From Macrostomum hystrix (Eukaryota > Animalia > Platyhelminthes): a DNA stretch of 64,000 nucleotides. This document shows positions 15,501-26,503 of this stretch, in pieces; the first letter of the stretch is position 1; every line of letters starts with the position of its first letter. Both the position numbers and the translations under genes were made by a program. The stretch covers positions 3,720,001-3,784,000 of the forward strand of contig CATNEN010000029.1 of the NCBI GenBank assembly GCA_950097015.1, in the 5' to 3' direction. A model generated the notes under the pieces. That model did no database searches and was not told the origin of the DNA. It saw nothing but the letters and a program-made list of their open reading frames with translations.

Positions 15501-18500
15501 AGGCAGATGTTGTAGAGCGGGCGCCAACCACTGGGGCATTCTTCTGGAAGCGCCGCATGTAAAGCAACATATATAAGCGAAAAGTTTCCTACTTTTGAAG
15601 TTAAAGCTCTTAGGAAGACCAAAGTACTCGGAATCATCACTAGAAGTACTTCGTAATCATGGATAAATATCCATTCTGTCGTTCATATGCCAGTGGATAA
15701 ATCAGGCTATAATGCTTCAAGCTTTTTCCTTTTTTAATTTTCGTCTAAGCGAACTAGACTGCCGGGCTTTGTCATTTATCTAACATACTTGACTGTGCAA
15801 AAAATTATGTTATCACCGTTTATTTCAATGCCACGGATGTTGACAATGTCTGCTGGAGTCACAGTCGCATTGCTTCCGAAGTGCAGCTCAACAGAAGTCG
15901 GCGCGAGAATCACCGGCATCAAGAAGTCATCAGCGAGTTTTGAGCTGGAGAACTGCGGAGTCATCAGAAATTAAAGCGCTTGATTTGATTAGCTATCTGA
16001 CTGTAAGGTAAGCGGAAACGTGTCGCTGATTACTCACATTGTACACCTGGTCGTACCAGGGTGTCCTCAGTTGCCTGCTAGCACTGCTCTCTGTGACTCG
16101 GTAAGTCATGTAGAACCCATCGTTTGAGTTTATGTCGGTCACTCTAATAGATGTCAAATAGAATACTTCTTTGAAGGAGATCCGGAGCACCTGTTCCTCT
16201 TCGGTCGCTGTCTTTTCTATGGTGTAGTTGCTGGACGATACTACACTGCGCACTAAAATGCCAAAATCATTACTGCACTATAATGCCAAAATCATTAATG
16301 CACTATAATGCCAAAATCATTAATGCACTAAAATGACAAAATCTAAAAAATGTGGTTGCTTTCTCATAAATGCTATTTATGACAGTCCGATGGTCCGATG
16401 CAAATTGAACTCACAGGTTGCGGTTGGGTATCCGAGAACTTCCATTTTCCAAGAGCTCGCTAGCCAGCTACCCAGCATGATGGCCTCGAGCAGTTGGGTT
16501 TCAATCGGATGCGGCAGGAAGTTAATGCCGGGTGTTCTAACTGAGAGCTGTATCGTTTTGAAAGTGATCTGCAAGTTTTCATGCGGTCTTGGTGAAAAAC
16601 TAGCTCTAAGAATGTACGCAAATTTAGAATTCATATTCTTTCATAATCAAATAGCTATGTACTCGTAGTACAAAGGCATCGCTGAAAAGGGATTAAACAC
16701 TAGTTACCAATGATAATTTTTTACTTACGAATAGTTGGTAACGCATTGATTTTCTGATTGCACTGGCATGTTCGGCCTTTTTACAATTATCCTACCTTAC
16801 CGAAATGCTTCAAAAATACCATAATCATATAGTGGGTTTCCGATGCTGCACTTAGGCCCGTCAGTAAGACGTTTGGTACATGATTAGAGTACGATAAATG
16901 TGTGTAATTAGTGAAATCTTACTAATCTGCTTGCAATTGTGCTGAAAATCTTTCAAAAAAGTTCTTTTACTGAAATAGTAAGAAATTTCTGGTCATCTGG
17001 TTTTCAAATAAACTTAGCGCTCCCATTAATTTCAGTCACATTTTCCCCAAGCATTGGACAAAAGCATCTGGCATGCATGCCAAAAGAAAACACAAGACCC
17101 TGCTTGATAGTTCCCAAGGGCAACTCAAGCTAACTTGTCTTCGCCACACTCCCAGAGGTGGGTGAGCCTGGCTGCGGCCCGCTCGCTTGAGTAGTGACCG
17201 TATCTACAGCTAAACTATAGCGAGTCTACCTGCCTTCCCTCAGCCGGGCTCTCCCTGAAGTCTTTGCCCAGTTAATAATTTATGTCTGGCTTCTCGCTTC
17301 TCTCAAAACAAAAAATTGCGCGACGCATTTCTAATTAATTTCGATGTCGGGGCGAAGGAGTCGGTGCTAGGCACTCACAAAGTTGTTGGCCTGGTCCACA
17401 ACGTCTAGCATTCGCCTACTGTCCTTAAACTGTGAGTAGCGCAGCCGGTAGTTGTAAGGACAGCCACGTAAACCCTGCGAGCGCTTGCCACTGCCCTGAA
17501 CTATCATGCCAGTTACGGTCATGCTTATCGGAAAGTAGAACCGAACGTAGGATGTCGACGTCCCTATTGTCTGGTAGCGCATTGAGTAATCCACGAAGGG
17601 AGACTCGACAGCCGACAAGGGCAGAGAGAAGAGGCCACCCAGATTCTGTGTGCTTCCGGCTACCATCCACTCGAAGAAGACGTACTCACCCAGGCCCATC
17701 GGCACCTGGGCCAGGGTATTTAGCTGCGGGTCCGCTGAAATTTTCGAGGGGTATCGTTCGTATTTGCTGACGAGGACTTTGACGCTGATTCAGACTTTTG
17801 TCTTTTCTAATCTGAGTGCTTTAAGCGATACGCCATTTCGTCAAAACAATTCTCTAAAACCGACCAGGAGAATCAATTCATAGGCATAATTGACCATTTC
17901 TAGAAAATTCCCGTACATCATTTTTAATAATCGAGAAAATTCTCTGGAGAGACTTTCGAAATCACACTTTTATTTTTTGTTGAGCAACATAACAATGCTC
18001 TCTATGAGATTTGTAAAACTGAGTTAATTTTCATCACATTTCTAGTAAATAGACGAGTCAACGATAATGCTTACAATGTTGCGTGCCGAAAACTTCGATT
18101 TCAGCGATGCTTAGATATTCGTTTATGCCATCGTTCTTCCGCACTGTTAAATATCTGGCCATCTGATGGCAGATAACAAGGCGAGTATGATTTATGTGTG
18201 CTTATTGTACGGAGCGAAAACTTATTTAATATATCTCTTTTAAATATGCTTAATCGAAAAGTAAATTATGCAAGTGAGAGGGTTTGAAATTTAACAATAA
18301 ATTTCAAGGCAGTCTTAAGAATGAACTATATTTTTGTCATTACATTATGCACAGTGAATGAAAACAATTAAATTTAATTTAAACAATAACATTTATTTTA
18401 TCGAATAAATCTCCTGTATGGCCATATCCTCTAGTATTCACAATGAACTGTGGGAGAGTTGGCACAAAGACTGGGCATAGTGATGAATAATGCCAAGGAG

Positions 18501-21500
18501 CAGCGTTGAAACTCCTGGCGCTAGTCTATGGGGGAATTGCATTTAAAGAATTGCTAAATTCGCAATAGAAAAGCTGCTTACCTTATCGCATGGAAACATT
18601 AGATAGTCTACAACTTTGAGATCATCAGGTCGATGATAAGTATTTCCCTGCTGGTAACACTGATCAGACGCCACAAATGTTGGTGCTCCACTCATTGTAC
18701 TTAGCTGGGCAAAGTATCCGGTGTTTTGAATAGTATTGACGTCTGAAAACGGTCATAATGGAAAATTGTTTAACTTTTCTTTCACGATTATTGTAAAGCA
18801 AAAATAAAAACTCCTACGAGAATCCCCAGCGTTTCTCGTGTAAACAACCACGTAGGAAAAGTTCCTTGGGACTACCATGTCCACGTAAGCCCAGCGCAGT
18901 CCACTAGTAGATGACACTATGAAAAATGAGTTTGTTCCGCCGTAAGTGTTCGTCGAGCCGTCAGTGGCCCCGTAGCCTGGATATGAGCTGCTGTAGAGCG
19001 AGGACAGCTGCACTGGTAGGTAGCGGGAAATCAGCCAGGGAAATCTTACACCTCCATGAACGTCTGGAAACGTTGGTTTGCGGTGGAACACGAGTGAAAG
19101 AAAATTTAGGAGCGAAAAGCTGCAGCTAAAAATCACGTAGGACAACTGCTAGGAGTGGCGAAAGACACTCACCGCTTGCGATCTTTCCGTAAAGCATAAA
19201 CTTTAGCTGAAATGTCCCATCATAGGTAAATTCAACGTGCCGCATTCCTAACAGCAGTTTTGGAGGCTTGATTGCGATGAAGTCAGAATGCCTGTACGTA
19301 TTGCTGACGTAGATAGGCACTCTTCGAGTCTGAAGACCCATGTCGAGAGGAATCCAGGTCAAAAGGTCAGCAGACCACAGGCGAACAGTGTACACTGCAC
19401 CTTGGTCTTGGTCGCGCGAGTCAGCCCCTCTACTATATCCTGCGTAGTAAACCCACACCAGGGACGAGAAGGCCACCTGAATTGGGTTGATTGAATGATT
19501 CGACATAATTCCGATGCCTTGCGTACGTTGCTGTTTGTTCCTATTACTTTTAGAAAGCCAGAAGATAGATTTAAAATACGAATAGCCCAGTTGAGCAAAT
19601 TTACAGTCAGGGGCACAGCCGCAGCTTATTGCCTGTGGAATTCCCAGCCCGACGCTGTCGTAAATCTTCCACCTGTTTTACAGCTGGGTGAACTGGGGCA
19701 CTTGGGTATTGTCTGGCTCTAAAGAAACAAACTTTGACATCTCGGTCAAAAGTCCGAAGCTTGACAACGTGTCAAAGCGACAAGCTCCCTTGAACTACTT
19801 GGCAATAGCTAAATGCTAATTCAAATAACAATTATTAAATGATATTTTTTAAGATATACCTGATGCCAGTCCTGATCATCTGCATAAAAGCCTGACGGTT
19901 GCCAAAATCCCGCATTTATTGAATCTGAAATAAAAATAATAAGTTATACTCGTATGATTTTCGCTAAAAACATTCGTTGACTCAAGACATCATATTAAAA
20001 CTACAGCTTACTCGGAACGCCTGGGAACTGTACCACCACACCGTTGTACTCGGTGTCGCCCGGCTTCTTGGAGAATCCTGCAGACTTTATCGTGAAATTC
20101 ACGGATTTGTTTGGGTCCGAAAACACGCCGACCAGAGTCGAATCGATGTAGACCTCGATAGTCGGGTTCTCATCAGCAGTGCTGTTGTACTGAAACCTGA
20201 ATGACAAATCGTGGAAGTCGAATACGTTCTGCCTTCCCATCTGAGCGAGGGTGTTCGTCTTGTTGAGATAGAAAACTGCATTCAGAGGAATCTCGCCAGA
20301 GCTGATGGCCTTGTTCAGCACCCAGCCATTTGAGATCCACAGAACATTCGCCGCAGAGTCACCGGTCAGCCGAAACCGGATGCGCTGTAAAAAATAGGTT
20401 CAATATTTACGCTCATGCATACTTGTAAAGTTGCTTTTACTGTTTAAGTGTGAGTACATTGTCCATTCTTCTTTGCGTGATCGTACCTGATCAAGCATGG
20501 CACTGTACGTCGTCCCGGCAGTGAGGAAGAAGTCTGCGTACGTGTCCCTTATTATTGTCGAAAATGTGACTCTCTGACTGACCTTTAGCTCCTTCTCCAT
20601 TGATTCCGGAATCAGATTCACGAAGGAACTACCAGGAATGAAGTTTACATCATTGTCTAAAAATAAGTAAGCATCTAAAGTAAGCTTAAGCCAATTGATT
20701 AACATCGGACCTGCATTAAAGAGCCCATTTATTTAAAATTTAGCAATCCTGCTCTTGAATGACCCTAATGGCATAAACTCACAGTGGTCACCGTAGATTT
20801 TTAAGCTGTCAACTGAGTGATAACCGCAGCTCTTTCTCCGCGTCATCACAAAATATCTTGCGACAGTACCAGCTGGACAATGAAAGAACAGATGGCGATC
20901 GCCGGGATCACTGTTTTCTTGCACACCGCACGATGTCCATCCTTCGAATGCTGCCTCATCCAGGCTTGGGTTCCATGAATTAGACACACCAGTCCAAATG
21001 CACTTCATTTGACCCGCTAAAATGGCGAGGCAAACTGCGACTAGTTGCTTCAGCTTTTGTTTTGCCTACATATAACAGGTATCTTACCTGTGTTCGTGTG
21101 AGGTATGACCAATGTGACAAAGGTCGGAGTTTTAAGATCAACCAGCATATAGTAGAGTTTCTCAGCGGTCACAGTGGACTCGTAGCTAGAAGTAGTTAGC
21201 ATACTAAAGCCATTACTAACATGGCTGTAGGAAATCTTCACCTTTTTGTTCATAAAAATCTCTGAGAACATGCCCTGCATGCCCCTGCCACTGTAGTAGT
21301 CCACGCTAGAGTAGGTTCTGATAGCTGAAATTATGGAACGCAAAAACAACTCAGGTGACAAAGTTTATTATATCGAAACCTTAACATTTTTGCGGCAACT
21401 TACAGCAATCTGGAACCTCGCAGGCAACTCGAGAGACAGCCCTGTTTACACAAGTGATTGACAGAGATGCTGAAACAAAGAATTATTTGTAAGTCTATGA

Positions 21501-24500
21501 GAATGATACGAGCGTATTTGAGTAAAGAAATAAAATTGGTAGGTATAAACTTGGTGCAATAGTGAGCTTGCTCACATGTTCTGCACTTGTTGGATGCAGC
21601 AGGCCAGGCGCTGTACGGGATGCACGCCTCCCCGTTCTGGTTAACATCGAGATCGCCATAGTACTCCCGGTACCATTTGCACACCCTGTGACCTGCGGGT
21701 GTTAATAAATTTGCTCTCATATATCAGATTATACCCATGCTGTGCAATTAAGTTATTAGAGATTGAACGAATGTCGCATCAAAGTCCCTGAGCTCGAATC
21801 TCAGGAGAAGTTCGGCGGGGGAACCTCGGCGGGAGAAGTTCGGCGGGAGAAATTCGGCGGGAGAAGCTCGGCGGGAGAAGCTCGGCGGGGGAAGTTCGGC
21901 GGCAGAACCTCGGCGGGAGAACCTCGGCAGGAGAAGCTCGGCGGGAGAAGCTCGGCGCGAGAAGCTCGGTGGGAAAGGCTCGGCAGGAGAAGCTCGGCAG
22001 GAGAAGCTCGGCAGGAGAAGCTCGGCAGGAGAAGCTCGGCGGGAGAAGCTCGGCGGGATATGTTCAGCGGGAGAAACTCGGCGGGATATGTTCATGCAAC
22101 TCATGCAGAAAATTCTCGGTGGGAAAACCCCTGCAGGGAAAATCTCATAGAAAATTTACGACCATGGCGAGGGCCAAGCGCCAAAAAAACTGTGATCGTA
22201 CACAGCTTAACGATAAAAATTCACTGCAGATGTACGTCTCTGTGTAAGTGTGTACCTGTGTAGCGTATTGACGCGCAAATGTTTTTGTGATACGTGCTTC
22301 AGTGCCCAGAGCCCCGCTGATGATATAGTTTAAAGAGAATTGCTTTGAAATTCTTACTTCCAGTCCTGAAGATGTTGTTGATTAGCGCGTATTCCGGCCT
22401 AGCGTAATTGACAAACGATGAGGCGCTGAAGCTGACATTCAGCTGACCGGGAATGCCGAACAGCAGGGGCGTGCGCTCGTCGTCCTCTGCGGGGTTTTAA
22501 ATTTTCGGTGTTGTATTTAACTGTGTTTTGATTTATGTGTCGTGATGGACACATAAAATTTCACGCCAACGTGTCCGTGACTAATCTGAAACCATAATTA
22601 TATACAGGATCAACTTTGAAGCTGAATTTGCGAGATTCTGGAGACAAAATGTAGAGAAGTCTGTAAAAGTTAGTTATTTGTAATATTTATTATAAATACT
22701 TTACGTTGGAGAAATTTTTAAGCCTTGAAGCCTTGAAGGAGCACCCAATCCCACTTTCGTCTGTGAAATCACAAATTATCATGTGAAACAATACGGACTG
22801 CAAGATCAAAAATTCCCTGCGAAGATAAGATCGGCTCAGTGTGACGCAGACGTAAAAAAGAAGTACATTTTCTTTTTTACGAGCCGTAGGTGTCGCTGGA
22901 ATCCATATACATTTCAATCAGAGAGAATTTTATACAAGAAATATCTGCCTCTGTGCCAAGCTTTGAGAAACTACGCTCGTATCTGCTGATGACAAATGTA
23001 TATACCCAGTGGTGTATGAACAGGGGGTGAGTGGCAGAGTGGCTCTCGCACCAGGTACTCAGCTCGATTCCAAAGCAAGGCCACATTCATTCGGAGCGCA
23101 GCGGCGGAGAGAAGGCTTGGGGGCTTTACGTGCAAGCCGCTGGCTGATGCTGGCACCCTAGACTTTTCCGGCGGTGCGGCCTTTGTTCGCGCCTAGGCTC
23201 GGAAGCGCACCCTGTGACGCAGCTTTTTACTACTATGGGGAAGTATTTTCCCCAGGACAGCGTATTTTATTGTTGCTTTTTGTTATTGATAAGCTTTAGC
23301 GTCCATATTGAAATTTGGCACATCAGATATTCTATCTCAGAATTTTGTCCATGAAATATGCAGCACTGACACCTAATCGTTGCGTTTTTTTCTCGAACTT
23401 GTACGGGGTTCAGCAAAATCGTTACTTACTTAAGCAGATGTACTCATAGCTGCGCCAGGACGACCCGAAGTTTGTAAATGTGAAGCTGGACCCGCTTGAA
23501 CGGTAATAGTTGTATATATCGCGTTCAATTGAGCTGCAGCCAGTCACCTGAAATCAGAATTCATTCGAGATTGGAGCTCCATCAGTTGCTCTTTTCAAAC
23601 CGTCTCAGACAGTTTAAATAACTGCCCGTGTCGATAATTCAGAAATTCAGAAATCCAATAATGCCCAGCTTATTTGAAGTGCAGATCGTCGGGAAAATTA
23701 CGTAGATGCTACGAGCGTATTGAATCTCGATGACCCGAAAGATTTTTAAGAAGAACGACTGTTTTTAGAGAAAACAGATACTCGTAAATCTTAGAAACAG
23801 AAAAAGGTAGCGATCGATTTTTTCACAAAGATCTACTGAGTTCTCTGGAATATTTAATTTTTTCGGACTTGAAGTATTTCACAACCAAAAACTAAAAATC
23901 TAGAAAAAAATACTGGTAACAAACATCTTCGCCATGGCTGCATGGCTCTCTTTCACAATAGCACTTCAGTTCGTCTTGATTAAACAGCATCAAATTGCTA
24001 CAGCACGAGTGCGAAAAAACATTGCTATGCACTTTAGTCTATGCTTCTACGCCTCCTTCCTATTAAGACAAACTAGGCTTCCGAGCTTTTGATTGGCTGT
24101 GGTCTTCCTTCCAAAAAAGCGTAGAAATTTTGTCTATGGCAGAGAGCGACATTAATGTCCATTATGATATTAACAAGCAACCCACATGCGTGTTAATGTC
24201 AGTGAAAGTGCATAGCAATGTCTGAATTATCAAAACGGGACCGTGGGGTTAAACACAGCCTTTTATGAGGGACACTCACGCCGCAGTAGTTTATTCCATA
24301 GACATCTGAGTAGGAGTTCTGCAGAGGATAGAAGTAGTAGAGAGGGTAGTTGGAGGCCAAGCCAGTCGACTGCAAGCGATGGTCATCGGAGCCACTGACA
24401 TCCATGTTGATGAACATCGGCAGGAAGGAGGGTGAACAGTAGCCTGAAGCATAGCAGAGCGGTATGTTGGGATTTGAGTTATTTCCCTGGAAACAATCCT

Positions 24501-26410
24501 GATTGTGTGAACTTTGTTGATAAATAAAATCACCATGCGAGAGTACTTTATAAAACACTCAATCAGTTAGTAGTTGCATAAAACACTACTTAAGTACTCT
24601 TTAATCGCTCATAGAAATTGTTCCATACTGTTTACTGCGAGTAGAAACAGGGAGACCTGTCTGGCTTTGCAACTTTATATAGAGAGGATAGGATCTAACT
24701 TTATATAGTGAATTTAAATTTTACTCAAATTGCGCTCTTGAAGATACCAATATTCGTAAATGTAGCTTATAAATTTTGTCAATTTATATCTTCGACTGTA
24801 TATTTAAAATTGAATTTAGACGAAGTTGTACAGCCGCACAGTGCATCCAGCACAGCTGCGCTGCGCGTACACAGGCTGTATGCAGCTCTTCAGTCCATGG
24901 ACTGGCGAGGCTGCAATATCCGCTTAAATTTCAACCCCAGCTTGCAGCTTTTATCTTTATAGCTTGAGCTGAAGCACTATGCGATTCGACTCCCTATCTA
25001 ACAGTCAGAAGTACAAAGCTTAAACAACTGGACTACAAGCCCCCTTCAAGAGTTATACAAGCACAAATAACTGTGTGAGATCTATGAGTAGATATCATTT
25101 AAATCCAGTCAATTGAACCAATTTGCAAACACCTAGAATTTATAAGCAGTAATACTCTTTACGGTTCTGATACATTTTGGAAACATAAATTAACCTGCTT
25201 CTGTAAGCTGGCCACATAAAGCTGAACCTCACCATTCGGAGTTCTGGCAGGCAGCTGACAAAGGAATTGGCGGCTGTTGGAGCAGCTCTCCATTTCCAAC
25301 CGGCCCAGGTCTGTGTCGTACACTGCGCAGTCTAGCCCTTCGCCCTCGGTCAGTCCCATATAGAACAGATCCTCCGGCACTGGGTTGCCCTCAGAGTCGA
25401 AGAACCTGTTGCCGAGTGTGGCGTTACGAGCGGCGCCAATCCACAGCCGCCTATTAACCCAATCTAGCTGATCGAAGATTGCCAAGTCCTGCCTGGTCCT
25501 GGGTGCGTACAGCACTCCTGTGGCACCAGCTCCGTTGCTACTTCCTGCGCAACTGGAAGCTGCAGCGGCCTGCTGGTAGCTGGTTGTGACGAGGCGGATG
25601 CAGCGATCGAAATACTGCGTCCACGGCGTCGGACAAACTGCAAAATCGATCGCATTGGAAGCATTTGAATGTATTGGAGTGCCGGGGTTGTGTTGTCTTG
25701 CACTAGCTTCAATTAGATATTTCTTTTCTATTTCGTTAACCAGCCTCGGTATAATCATTGAACACAATAAAATTTGATAAAATTTCACGGGGGCTGTGGG
25801 GCTAATGCATCATTTATCAGCGACCCGCTGCCAGCGAGGAGGCAATTCGGTTCATTCCCTTGACCAGCTCCAGCACACACATGTTCACGGATATTCAAGC
25901 AGGCACACACTCGCAGAGGCGTGTACATCTGCCGTGACTGTCTCGTCGTCACGCATCGTCTCTGTGCCTTACGATTTGGCCGTCATGCGTGGCTAAAACT
26001 ACCCGATAAAACAATCACAAGCCTTCTCTTCGAGGCTGCGCACCGTGTGAATGCTGCGCTGTCATGGATTCGAACTCACGGGCCTCGCTGCGAGATTTGG
26101 ACGCGTAACCTCACCCCTTCCCTATCATAGAACGCCAAAAAACTATAGGAAAACGAACAATAGCTCGAATTAGTCTTCAGAAAAGTTGCAATAATGTGTA
26201 TATCTACGCCATGTATTGTGATGGGATGTGATGCAAAAATAATGCTACGTATAAATCTTTAGGAAGCAATTTAAAACGGTCAGTGACAAGCGGTCAAAAA
26301 GCAGTGTATGTCTTCAACTCACAATATCTCGCCTGTGCTTGGGGAGGCCATTGCACTAGCACGATCCCAATGAGGGCGGCGAAGAGCAGTCGCCATGATG
26401 CAGAGCGCAT
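10..26410 (-). CDS. Giant multi-exon secreted/extracellular mosaic lectin-like protein (C-type lectin, F-type lectin/F5-8 discoidin-like, kringle, LamG-like repeats); 3' end lies outside the window
   Basis: Dozens of minus-strand exons bounded by AG/GT. Phases are compatible wherever I checked (26410-26323, 25637-25233, 24545-24280, 23547-23430, 22486-22358, 21692-21576). Domain motifs recur four times. The last visible exon ends at a GT donor at about position 9. That it is one gene rather than several is inferred: I saw only one signal-peptide exon and did not check every junction. Confidence 0.75.
1220..2330 (-). CDS. Exons: C-type lectin domain D followed by an F-type lectin domain, approximate
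   Basis: CPFGFFRHKDSCYWV...ICESMHWNGSGHLASPK; WQWWDGS...ECLMMD...WRNIKCD...YQFICE; AANDGD...WWRVDMLSVQYVTEVWIYLRTD; ...IMCGFYGRYVIL...FAEVVVY. Confidence 0.85.
3100..4390 (-). CDS. Exons: F5/8 type C (discoidin) domains (module C, distal), approximate
   Basis: PIGMEDGII...SPYMFRLN (4.1 kb); PIRAKIIQFLPLNYYNRRVAKFEILGY (3.45 kb); FTGFSVNSS...FQLQY (3.2 kb). Confidence 0.65.
4659..4952 (-). CDS. Exon: canonical kringle domain
   Basis: YFGRLNVTNSGYTCQNW...ENYCRNCDNTNKFWCYTTNPSVRWDSCQV carries the kringle signatures NYCRN and WCYT; 294-nt phase 1/1 exon. Confidence 0.9.
6050..8000 (-). CDS. Exons: degenerate kringle, F-type lectin-like and pentraxin/LamG-like domains (module C), approximate
   Basis: CVMSRGDHGYVLHDLNVTREGIACAPW (7.9 kb); YVLVDL (7.25 kb); FTCSSDMLGRYLVL (6.95 kb); KVCITWDTTNNVTSFFTYFNGQ (6.25 kb). 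Confidence 0.65.
9170..9700 (-). CDS. Two exons: C-type lectin domain C, approximate
   Basis: ECPDGFTPHFDVCLR...HCLSYRWAGQRGTLFMPK followed by MHVGVRRNTSNGNWEWFDG...LYFICE. Confidence 0.85.
10580..12230 (-). CDS. Exons: F5/8 type C and F-type lectin-like domains (module B, distal), approximate
   Basis: FRVYMQSYYRRIEVRWMLYGC (12.1 kb); FITIDLVYPRYIERVYVW (11.8 kb); YFDVYFPCVYTITGFIVQG...TSLRILYA (10.7 kb). Confidence 0.65.
12700..13960 (-). CDS. Exons: F-type lectin-like plus LamG-like domains (module B), approximate
   Basis: WWILFDL (13.8 kb); SWNRSLGDLAFEDWNTC...ITCYEPQVARYLVL (13.5 kb); LTVTWRECDSYNCSVFFACNGQ (12.9 kb). Confidence 0.6.
14130..14460 (-). CDS. Two exons: degenerate kringle (module B), approximate
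   Basis: QCALSRADYLFYDGPWSVTEQGFACVNW...NSCLE followed by ...SCYDQGGIIRDCYKLQTAYC (my minus-strand translation; not in the ORF track). Confidence 0.6.
15060..15560 (-). CDS. Two exons: C-type lectin domain B, approximate
   Basis: ECPSGWRPLYNICLRIV...WNTSLQYCQSRYWNGRNGTLFMPK followed by FHIGAYRNASGRWLWLDG...CACLSTDYNGLYKCQCTDCLFSLCQ. Confidence 0.85.
17370..19480 (-). CDS. Several exons: F5/8 type C and F-type lectin-like domains (module A, distal), approximate
   Basis: CPMGLG...YVRFYFPISMTVTGMIVQGSG...YRLRYS (about 17.4-17.7 kb); GYGATDGSTNT...WAYVDM...VVVYTRN (about 18.9 kb); ...LKFMLYG (about 19.2 kb). Confidence 0.65.
20005..20385 (-). CDS. Exon: LamG/concanavalin-like domain (module A), approximate
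   Basis: Beta-rich ...FDFHDLSFRFQYNSTADENPTIEVYIDSTLVG... fits the H.L.....i.vYvDG consensus. Confidence 0.55.
20785..21328 (-). CDS. Two exons: F-type lectin/discoidin-like domain (module A), approximate
   Basis: ...YYMLVDLKTPTFVTLV... followed by SWNPSLDEAAFEGWTSC...FFHCPAGTVARYFVM...LKIYG. Confidence 0.6.
21410..21692 (-). CDS. Two exons: degenerate kringle (module A), approximate
   Basis: VCKWYREYYGDLDVNQNGEACIPY...NKCRT followed by ...ITCVNRAVSRVACEVPDC resembles the kringle Y.G....T.sG..C..W and C.vp.C pattern. Confidence 0.6.
21808..22095. repeat. GC-rich 14-bp minisatellite (CTCGGCGGGAGAAG)n inside an intron
   Basis: About 20 degenerate copies are directly visible; these explain the spurious ORFs 21748-22263. 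Confidence 0.9.
25233..25637 (-). CDS. Exon: C-type lectin domain A
   Basis: CPTPWTQYFDRCIRL...C...LWIGAARN...DCAVYD...MESCSNSRQFLCQ shows the CTL cysteine pattern and WIG motif; 405-nt phase 1/1 exon. Confidence 0.85.
26323..26410 (-). CDS. First coding exon: signal peptide of the mosaic lectin gene
   Basis: ATG at 26410 encodes MRSASWRLLFAALIGIVLVQWPPQAQARY, then a phase-1 GTGAGT donor. It joins in frame to the acceptor at 25637 to give ...ARYFCPTPW. Too short for the ORF track. Confidence 0.8.
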
Positions 26411-26503
26411 CCTACTAGAAGCTGAATGCTGGTTGCAATAATTCTAACCTTGAAGATAAATTGGAAGAAGGAAAGCCAGGTTGAGCTATGCCTGAAGGAC
26501 CCC

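Noticed and set aside
21748-22263. ORFs with repetitive SRRASPAE / REKLGGRSSAG translations
   Set aside because: Translation of a 14-bp intronic minisatellite.
23032-23071. Pol III A-box/B-box-like pair (tRNA or SINE head)
   Set aside because: Only about 19 bp between boxes, a mismatched B box and no cloverleaf.
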